This document shows, piece after piece, positions 40,086 through 50,400 of a stretch of 64,000 nt of DNA. The stretch is taken from contig JAGIQG010000009.1 of assembly GCA_024679065.1 (NCBI GenBank), positions 91,326,001 through 91,390,000 of the forward strand, in the 5' to 3' direction. Numbering within the stretch: position 1 is the stretch's first letter; each line of letters opens with the position of its first letter. Made by a program: the position numbers and the translations under genes. The stretch comes from Sphyrna mokarran. Its lineage: Eukaryota. The notes under the pieces were generated by a model. The model was not told the DNA's origin and ran no database searches. It worked only from the letters and a program-made list of their open reading frames with translations.

Positions 40086-40619
40086 TTCACCCTTCTGTTG
40101 TTTAATAGTTGTAATTTTAGACCGGTTGGTTGGCGCATTACCCAGGATATGCTGTGCTGTGGGTAGGTGGTTCGTACATCTTGTAATGTAACTGGTGGCC
40201 AACCCATGTGTCCAACTCTGACCAAAATTTTGCATTTGCATTCTGGGGCTGAAATTTCCGCAGCAAAATCAGGATCTAGTGTCTTTCCCTGGGTGAAGGG
40301 CTTAAATCGGGCAGTGAGGGCACTTATAGTACCTCCCTGAACTACAGGGGCTAAGTTATGAATCTCCTCCTCATCGAGGTCAAAATCTCCCACTGGTGCT
40401 GTGGTCTTTGTATCCGGCTACTGGGATACAAGGGCACGGATTCCCAAGAATGGTCCCCTAATGTTTGACTTTTTTTCCAATTCTCTAACATGTGATTCTA
40501 ACGTCTTGATTCTTTCCTTATCATCAGCCCATTTTTTACTAGAGACAGAGACCTGATTAATCAGTCCAGCTAGTTGGTACACCGGAAAAACTCCAGTGTT
40601 ATTGGTCCTGTTTTATTTC

Positions 40620-41175
40620 CTCTAGCCACTTCCGCTGTCGATCCAGAGGACAACGAAGAGTACTCTGTCCGCCTTTTCTGCATTTGTCTTCTGAGGAGGT
40701 CGGTGTGGTTTCTCACTGTGGTGCGTCGAAACTATCAATTGATGAGTTGAGCGCCATATCCTGTTCTTATGAGGGCATCTTTCAGTGTCTAGGGGTGCGA
40801 TCTTCCTCATCTGAGCAGATCCTATCTGTAGGGAAGGGCTTGTCTGTAGGGGACTTCTTCATAGTGTTTAAGGTGGAAGCTGGAGAAGTGGAGCATCGTG
40901 AGGTTGTCTGTGGGCTTGCGGTATGGTGAAGTGCTGAGGTGACCGTCCTTGATGGAGATGCGTGTATCCAACAATGCAACTGATTCTGGAGAGTAGTCCA
41001 TGGTGAGTCTGATGGTGGGATGGAACTTGTTGATGTCATCATATAGTTGTTTCAGTGATTATTCGCCATGAGTCCAAAGGAAGAAAATGTCATTGATGTA
41101 TCTAGTGTATAGCATCAGTTAAAGGTCCTGTGCAGTGAAGAAGTCTTGTTCGAACCTGTGCATGGAGATGCTGGC
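40620..41175 (-). mobile_element. Penelope-like RT fragment
   Basis: ASISMHRFEQDFF...YTRYINDIFFLWTHG, RICSDEED and RVLFVV motifs. Confidence 0.75.
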
Positions 41176-42359
41176 ATATTTTGAAGTACGAATTGAAGTA
41201 CATATTTTGAAGTCTGAAAGCTAGTGGCTTTTGCTAGCAAATAAACCTGTTAGATTTTAACCTGGTGTTGTGAGACTTCTCACTGTACTTACCCAAGTCC
41301 AATGCCGGCATCTCCACATCGTAATAAAATCTCCCTTGTTTCACTCTGTATCCACATGGTTCTGTCATTTCCTGGGAGAGGAAAAGTAACTCACGAGATG
41401 GAAAGGAGACATAGAGAAGAAACAGCCCCAGTTTACAGAGGGAACTGAGGCACTAACTGAGCTGGAGGGAAAAGGGGAGTGACATCCAGATCAACAGGAA
41501 GCTCGCTGGGAGACAGCTGAACTGACACTGTCACTCCTATCCCCACCTTGTCCTTCCAGGGTATGAATGTGGGGAGAATCCAGAGCCTGGGACAATATTC
41601 AGATCACCATCTCTCCATCTCTAAGCCCCTCTTGATCTGAGCAAGGCAATACGATAGCTATGAAGATGATAGTGTAGGGTGACTGGGAGAATGTGTATGA
41701 TAAAACTGGTCTGATCTATTATCTGGCGAGGAACTTCCAACAATTCAAGCACTTGCTCTGTGATCTTCAGTGACTTGTGGATCACAGCAGCCCCCTGAGG
41801 TGTTCATTACAGACCTGAGGAACGTACTGGTGTCTCAACGTGACAAACTCCTTGTCTCTTTGTAGCAGAGCAGACAGAAGGTGAGGGAGTTGAAGACAAG
41901 TATTTCTCAGCAGCTGGTCCTTTGTATAAAAACCATTATTGATATATTGACTGGTACAAAGCAGACCCATCTCAATCCTTATAGCCACATGGAGGATGCT
42001 GCAAAGTCTCATAACCAGAGGCCAATACAAAGACATGAGTTATATTGAGCCAGGATAGCTCAACCCCAATAGAAACACTCCTGCCAGTTCCAAGTATAGA
42101 AACAGTGCAGGCCCATGACATGCAGTTTCTGGTTAACAGCGTCCAGTGACCAGTTACCAGCTGTTGGGCACGTGTCTGACACGAGAGGGGCAAGATGCAG
42201 GTACAAGGAAGATGCAGAGGGCATTAGGATGGCAGATCCTGCAGAGTGCATGTTTTTATCTCCCCTCCCCCCAGATTTGTGACAGAGACCTTCAGGGCAC
42301 AGAAAGGGGGATTTTTTGATGTTCCATTTGGTGGAATTGTTTGTAAACTCTTATTTAAT

Positions 42360-43000
42360 AGAACAATGAACAAAGAACAAAACAGCACAGGAAACAGGCC
42401 CTTTGGCCCAATGAGCCCGCACCGCCACCCCGATGTTCCCACTTCTACCCGTGGTCCCTGTCTATGTTTATACATCTATGGATTCAAAATCAAATTTGAG
42501 ACAATTTAGGGAGAATTTGTTTTGCCAATTAGCCTAAGAGCACATCTTTGGGATGTGGGAGGAAACTGGAGCTCCCGGAGAAAACCCACGCAAGCACAGG
42601 AAGAATGCGCAAACTCCCACAGACACAGGCCCAAATCCATGTATCTGCACAGCACAGCGATAGTCACTGAGCTGTTGTGTTGCCCATCAGATGGTCCAGG
42701 TCAAGGGTATACTAACGACGTGAAGTATAGGATACTCTCGAAAAAAATCCAAGAGCAGTCCTCTCACGACCCATCGCGTGTATGCACCTTGTTAGACAAC
42801 AAGGTGGACCAAAGCACCTGTAGGATAAAAACAAGTACATCAATATCATCATCTATTTACACACTTCTCGGGGACTCCCAAGGCTCATGATCCCTATTTT
42901 AAATCAGTTTTCTATACCCCTCCATTCCCATTCTGTTCACGTGCCCATCTAAGTATTTCTTAAATAACTCCAGAGTACCTGCCTCCACCACTTTGCTTGG
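42360..43000 (-). mobile_element. Young CR1 3' end (GYRKLI subfamily)
   Basis: Last ORF2 codons plus full V-domain UTR and tail. Confidence 0.93.
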
Positions 43001-43309
43001 CACTTTATCTTGCTTTAATCTTGCTTCTAGTTTCTATGACCTTGTTGATCGTTAATGAGAATTCTATTTCTAAATTAGAAATTGTGTTCTGTTTGAATTT
43101 GCTGTGTAGTTCTGTTTGAGCTCAGAGTCATTCTAGATAAATAATTTTATTCACATGAACTATTTTAAGATGATGACAGTTTACAAAGTAGAAAAATACC
43201 TCAGAAATACAAACGTTATTAAATATTTTAGACTAATTTGCTGAGGTTGATATTGTTCAGTAATAACTCTCACAAAGTTGTGCAATGTCTATTTGCTGCT
43301 ATAATAAAA

Positions 43310-44190
43310 TCTGTAAGAAGTCTCACAACATCATGTTAAAGTGCAACAGATTTATTTGGCAGCAGAAGCCACAAGTTTTCAGAGCCTCAAGCTCCTTCAT
43401 TGGGTAAATAGGATTTCAGTTCACAAACAGAGCATATAAAGACACAAACTCAATTTACAAAATAATAGTTGCAATGCAAGTCTTTATAGGTAATCAAGTC
43501 TTAAATGTACAAACAATGTGATTGGAGAGAAAACACCATCCACAGGTACAAGCTACATACTTTTGCAACTTGGCCAACATTATCCACCTGATGTGCTGCA
43601 GGAAAGGATGACCCGAGGCATGGTATATCGGGGAGATCACGCAGACGCTACGACAACGGATGAATGAACACCATTTGACAATCACCAGGCAGGACTATTC
43701 CCTTCCTGTCAGGGAACACTTCAGCAGTCACGGGCATTCAGCCTCTGATCTTTGGGTAAGCGTTTCCCAAGGCAGCCTTCACGACACACGACAACACAGA
43801 ATCACTGAGCAGAGACTGATAGCAAAGTTCTGCACACATGAGGACGGCCTCAACTGGGATCTTGGGTTCATGTCACATTATCTGTAACCTCCACAATTTG
43901 CCTGAGCTTATAAAATCTCACTAACTATTCTGGCTGGAGACAATGCATGTCTTTTTGACCTGTGCTTAACCCTTTTTCCACTCACATTGTCTGTATCTTT
44001 AAGACTTGATTACCTGTAAAGACTCGCATTCCATTGTAAATTGAATTTATGTCTGTATATGCCTTGTTTATTTGAAATCCCACTCACTTGAAGCTCCTAA
44101 GCTAGTGCTGCCAAGTAAACCTGTTGGACTTTAACCTGGTGTTGTGAGACTTCTTACTGTGCTACCCCATCCGATGCTGACATCTCCATA
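43310..44190 (+). mobile_element. Penelope-like element 3' part (GIY-YIG) with inverted terminal copy
   Basis: AWYIGEITQTLRQRMNEH...LPVREHFS...EQRLIAKF. 43310-43505 is an inverted copy of about 43995-44160, a typical Penelope arrangement. Confidence 0.8.
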
Positions 44191-44338
44191 TCGTAATAAA
44201 ATCTCCCTTGTTTCACTCTCCATCCACACTTCTTTTCCAGAAATTCCTGGGGAAGGGAGAGGGATTTTTCTCTCTCTCAATATCCAAATCTATCAGCCCC
44301 CTCCACCAGGTGCTCTCCAGCCTCCCTGACAACTGCAG

Positions 44339-44443
44339 TCACCTTTCCTCAACCTCTCCCTGAGGCCTGACTCCAGGAATATCCATGTTGGTATCCTCCA
44401 TTTTGGAAACAGTCTGTTGTGTGGAGCGAGGGGTCAGTGCTTC
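44339..44443 (-). CDS. Gene B predicted last coding exon (EALTPRSTQQTVSKMEDTNMDIPGVRPQGEVEER*)
   Basis: ttccctgtttgtgcag acceptor; phase 0 matches the previous donor; same frame seen in copy C at 53747-53805. Confidence 0.55.
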   Translation of the reverse strand, partial: EALTPRSTQQTVSKMEDTNMDIPGVRPQGEVEER

Positions 44444-47400
44444 CTGCACAAACAGGGAAAGTTGTGCAACATGTAACCGAACTCCACAATCTCTGACGCT
44501 GTGATAGGAAAGTCTGGCAAAGTGACTCCTGACCTGTGCAGGTACTGGGAACAGGAATTCAACAACCTGATTGTCCTCTTCATTCTTAACATGTTTTGTA
44601 TATTCTATTATACACTTCTAATGATTTTGAAAAACATTTTTGATGGAATCTTGACAAATGCCAGACACATTGAAGATTTTAAAAGTTACATTGAAAATCT
44701 TTCAGAAAGTGCGGAATGTCCATCAAATGTGAATGTATTTCATTCCCAACAATCTGTCCCTCAGTCACTCACTGGAGCTGTTGTGTACATCCCACTTGGT
44801 GAATCTGCAGAAGTGAAATAAATGTCAGTTAGAATGGGGAATAATCCATTCTCAGAGAGTGAGAACACAACAATTGTGAGGGAATGGAGATTGTGTGAGA
44901 AATACTCATTCTCACACTCCCCTCCATCCTTACACTTTATGGAGATCCTGTAGATCTCTTCCATTCCATCCATATTCAGTAGGTGAGGATGTGAGTGTGT
45001 GCGGTGGCTTTAATGATCAATATTATACCTGGTCTGGGCTGATCACACAAAGGAAAATCAGACAGGGAACAAGATGTGTTTATACGTGTGTATCTGTGGA
45101 TGGGAATTAAATCAGTTCATTGAACACAGTGTCCTGTATTCCCTGTACTGGAGATTCCTCACACTCACTCTGTCCCCTCAGTTCGACATTCCCCTCTCTC
45201 TGATTCTTACCTCTCCGCTGTCTTTTCCAGATGATTATTCCGATTATTCCAAATATAACAGCCAGTGCAGGGATCACTGCTCCGATTATAATTCCAAGAT
45301 TATTTTGTTTCCCACTGTTTTCTGGGATTTCTGAAACACATTTGAATTATATGAAGATTGTCTCTCTGTTCCCAGATCTATTCCCAGTTCTCTGTTCATT
45401 GGGGACAATTGGAACTGAAGCTGCCCATCTGGGAATTGATGGGATTGGCTGAAATGCTGGTTTTATACTCGCCCCATTTCAACCTCCAGTGAAGTGACGA
45501 AAGGTTCCCATTGATGGTGTTGTCAAAGCCGTGTTATCTCAATCCCACAGGATACCTTCCCAGCCAGTTCAGTTCTAACTCTCCCCAATGTCATAGAATC
45601 ATAGAACCTTACAGTGCAGAAAGAGGCCCTTCAGCCCATCGAGTCTGCACCAAACACATTCCCACCCAGGCCCTAACCCATATACCTACAGATCATACCC
45701 ACTAACCCCTCTAACCTACGCACTCCTGGACACGAAGGGGCAATTTCTTAGCCAATCAACCTAACCCGCACATCTTTGGACTTGTGGAGGATACCCACGC
45801 AGACACAAGGAGAATGCGCAAACTCCACACAGACAGTGATCCGAGCTGGGAATCAAACCATGGGTCCTAGAGCTGTGAAGCAGCAGTGCTAACCATTGTG
45901 TTACTGAACCAGCGTCTGTGTGTCCTGTCCTTGATCAATCCCAGGGTTACATTGTACGTCTCAGCAGGCAGCATCGCTGATAGTTTTCACATCAAACTTT
46001 AAAGGGATTGCAGGAAACTGGACGGAGCTGAGAATAAGGAAATCCACAGAGCAAATGTTTCCAAAGAAGCACCTGGTCCAATCCAGCAGCAGGACTTAGT
46101 CCTAAATCACTGCACTGAGCCCACCATGGAATAGTGAAAGAATCCAACACAAAGATTTCACAAATGTCCAGAGATTGAGTTCCAGACACTTAGACAACTA
46201 TCAGCTGGTCAAAAAGAGACAGGATGGATTTGTGAAGGGAACATCATGTCTGACTCATCACAGTAAATATGGTGAGAAGCACAATAACATAAAGAACAAA
46301 GAACAAAACAGCACGGGAAACAGGCCCTTCGGCCCAACGAGCCCACGCTGCCACCCCGATGTTCCCACTTCTCCCCGTGATCCCTGTCCATGTTTATAGA
46401 TCTATGGATTAAAAACCAAATTTGAGAAAATTTAGGGAGAATTTGTTTTGCCAATTAGCCTAAGAGCACATCTTTGGGATGTGGGAGGAAACCGGAGCAC
46501 CCGGAGAAAACCCACTCAAGCACGGGGAGAATGCGCAAACTCCCACAGACACAGGCCCAAATCCATGTATCTGCACAGCACAGCGATAGTCACTGAGCTG
46601 TCGTGTTGCCCATCAAATGGTCCAGGTCAAGCGTACACTAACGACGTGAAGCACTAGGATACTCTCGAAAAGATCCAAGAGCAGCCCTCTCACGACCCAT
46701 CACGTGTATGCCCCTTGTTAGACAACAAGGTGGACCAAAGCACCTGTAGGATTAAAAACAAACACATCAATATCATCATCTATTTACACATTTCCCAGGG
46801 ACTCCCAAGGCTCATGATCCCTATTTTAAATCAGTTTTCTATACCCCTCCATTCCCATTCTGTTCATGTGCCCATCTAAGTATGTCTTAAATAACTCCAG
46901 AGTACCTGCCTCCACCACTTTACTTGGCAGCGCATTCCATACCCCCACCACCCTCTGTGTGAAAAAACCCCCTCTAGCATCCAAATTATACCTTACCCCC
47001 CTCACCCTAAGCCCGTGACCCCTCGTGCTATTTGAGTCCATCCTAGGAAAAAGCTTAGCCCTGTTTACTTTATCTATCCCCTTCAAAATCTTGTACACCT
47101 CTATCAGATCTCCTCTAAGTCTACGTCTTTCTAAGGAAAACAGTCCCAATTTAACTAACCTCTCCTCGTAACTCTGACCTTCCATACCAGGCAGCATCCT
47201 GGTAAACATCCTCTGCACTCTCTCCAGAGTCTCCACGTCCTTCCAGTAGTAAGGCGACCAGAATTGGACGCAGTATTCCAAATGAGGTCTAACCAGCGTT
47301 TTATACAACTGCAACATTAAAGGCCAGCTCTTGTACTCTATACCCCTTCCTATAAAGGCTAGCATACTATATGCTTTTTTCACAACCTTCTCCACTTGCT

Positions 47401-50400
47401 CTGCCACCTTCAGAGACTTGTTCACCTGCACCCCCAGGTCCCTCTGCATTTCTATACTCTTAATAGGTCTACCCTTTATCATATACCTCCCCTCTACATT
47501 CTTTCTCCCGAAATACATCACCTCACATTTATCAGGATTGAATTCCATCTGCCATCTGTCTGCCCAAGCTACCAGCCTATCTATGTCCTGCTGTATTGCC
47601 TGACAATGCTCCTCACTATCCGCAAGTCCAGCCATCTTTGTATCGTCGGCAAACTTGCTGATCACTCCACTTACTCCCTCTTCCAAGTCATTTATATATA
47701 TTACAAATAGAAGAGGTCCCAGTACCGAGCCCTGCGGCACACCACTAGTGACCAATCTCCAGCTAGAGAAACACCCTTCCATAGTGGACAAGGGAGTGTC
47801 TATGACAAATTTGGTTTTTAATCCATAGATCTATAAACATGGACAGGAATTGCAGGTAGAGTTGGGAACATCAGAGTGGCGGCGTGGGCTCGTTGGGCCG
47901 AAGGGCCTGTTTCCCGTGCTGTTTTGTTCCTTGTTCTTGCAATACAGACAAATACACGTGCATGTATACACACACGCGCGCGCACACACAGTATAGTTTG
48001 ACAGTTCCTTACCCCACTGATGGAGCTTGGGCTCTGCCAGGCTGCTGTGTTCAATTTGACAGGAGTATTGATCCTCATCCCCAGCATTTATTTCAATCTC
48101 TTTCTGGATCTGATGGGTTCCATCGTGGTTTGGTCGAATCCCCGAGGATAGTGTCTCAGACATTACCTCTACATTCCTTAACCAGTTCACCTCGATGTCT
48201 ACAGGATAAAAGCCAGTAACCAGGCAGGAGAGAGTGAGGGGCTTGTACTGACTATTGGGCTCACTTCTGGCAATGAAGACTTCAGGCTGAACTGTAATGG
48301 GAAAGGGTGAAAACACAAACAATAAACCCACACTGAATGGAATGGGAGAACGATTTGATAAATCAGAGAAGTTAGAGCAGAACATTGAGTCAAAACTGAA
48401 ATCAGTACCTTTCTGTCCAAAATATTCCTTTCCAGCTTGTAAATATAACAACAAATCCTGGATAAACTTTTCTTCTAGACTTGTTTTCCAATATTTGTTC
48501 CAGGATTGATCCAAATCCCATTTCTCTTTAGTCTTCACTGCCATGTGATTGGATGCGACCCATCTCATTCTGTTGGGCTCTAAACTGATATGGTCTTTTC
48601 CATCAAATCCAACTCTCATCGATCTCTTTATGGAGCCGTCTTCAGCAATCTCAACAATTAGGATCCATTGAAAAACGTGAATTCCTGTCAATAACCAAAA
48701 ATCAATAATCATTTATTCCCAGAAAGTCGCAATTATCTAATCAATGGGGAAATGAGCAATCATACTAGAATGGTGTCAAAGGATTTGAGGATTACAAATG
48801 TTACACCCTCATTGATTACACTCCAATCATTGAAAACAAAGGCACGAGGACCAGAGAACCTCAAAGGGGAGGAAAGGGGCTAAAAGGGAGATAGTTGTTC
48901 GGGGATGGGAGGGTTAAAGGAATAGATAGGCGCTTCTGTGGTCCAAGGCGGGACTCCAGGATGGTAGTTTGCCTCCCTGGAGCAGGGGTGCAAGATGTGT
49001 CAGACAGGGTAGAGGGCATTTTGAAGGGTGAGGGGGCCCAGGTGGATGTGATTATTCACGTAGGAGAGAAGGATGTAGGAAGGAAGTGCAGGGAGGATAT
49101 AAGAAGGCAGTTCAGGGAGTTGGGGGGTAGGCTGAAGAGCAGGGCCTCGAAGGTGGCGATCTCAGGTCTGCTTCCAGGTGCGGGTAATAGCGGAGCCAGG
49201 AGAAATGAGATCCTACAGCTGAATGCGTGGCTGAAGGACTGGTGTAGGGCAGAGGGTTTTGTATTTGTGGATAACTGGGAATTCTTTGGGAAAGAAGGGC
49301 ACCTGTATAGAAGGGATGGGGAACACTTGAATGGGAAGGGTGTGAATATCTTAGCTGGGAGGTTAGCTGGAGTGTTTCGGCAGGATTTAAACTAATATAG
49401 AGGGGGGGAGGGGCTGAGACCGATAGCTCGGTAGAGAGCGAGATGGGAGATAGAGTAAGCTTGGACGAGAAAAGATGCACCAGAGAGAAGTAGGTTCCCA
49501 GTGGTCTTGGAGGTCTGGAGTGTGTCTGTTCCAATGCGAGGAGCTTAACGGGAAAAACGGATGAACTTAGGGCCTTAATGTTTGTGAGGAACTTGGATGT
49601 GGTTGCAGTGGCAGAGACCTGGTTAAAGGAAGGGGAGCAGTGGCAACTGAACATTCCTGGATATAAGTGTTTCAGGCGTGACAGAGGAGGGTCCAGAAGA
49701 GGTGGGGGAGTGGCCTGGTTAGTTAAGGAGAGCATCACGGCAGTGCAGAGGGAGGACAATACAGAGGAGGTAGGAGTGGAGTCGCTGTGGGTGGAGATGA
49801 GGAATAGAAAGGGGGCAATTACTATGTTAGGGGTGTATTATAGGCCACCCAACAACCCACGGGCAGTTGAAGAAGGCATATGTAAAGACATTTTGGATAG
49901 GTGCAGAAAGAACAGAGTCGTTATAGTAGGAGATTTTAATCTCCCTAGAGTGGATTGGAAAGTACCTAGAGCTGGGGGTTTGGATGGGCAGGAATTTGTA
50001 AAATGTGTACTGGGAGGATCGTTGGAACAGTATGTGGCTAGCCCGACTATAGAAGGACTATATTGGATTTAGTTCTGAGTAATGAGCCAGGGCAGGTGGT
50101 TGATGTTGTAGTAGGGGAACATGTGGCTAACAGTGACCACAATTCTGTCTACTTTAGGATACAGATGGAAAAGGATGCTTGTTGCCCTAGGGACAGGGTG
50201 CTGAATTGGGGGAAGGCTAACTATGGTCGAATTAGGCAGGAATTTAGGGAAACTGATTGGGAACGGTTGTTTGAGGGTAAGTCCACGCTAGGCACGTGGG
50301 ACTCTTTCAAGGGAATACTGAAAATGTTGCAAGATAAGTATGTGCCGGCCAAGAGGAAAGATGGGAAAGGTAGGATTAGAGAGCCGTGGATTACTAGGGA

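Larger units (their letters stand above)
30950..40600 (-). mobile_element. Decayed endogenous retrovirus: gag (about 40550-38838), protease (about 36860-36400), RT (about 36370-35500), RNase H (about 35000-34550), integrase (about 34360-33370), env remnants (about 33240-33030 and 31450-30950); interrupted by three CR1 copies and a minisatellite
   Basis: Two Zn knuckles (CHNCEKPGYFAQDC, CQFCQKSGHTEAIC), EMLVD protease motif, FTVLDIANGF*SIPL, FPQGFHNSPAIF, LQYIDDILIAS, SAQVAE..IYTDSRYAF, HPQSSGMVEHVNRTLK. LTRs not identified. Confidence 0.88.
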
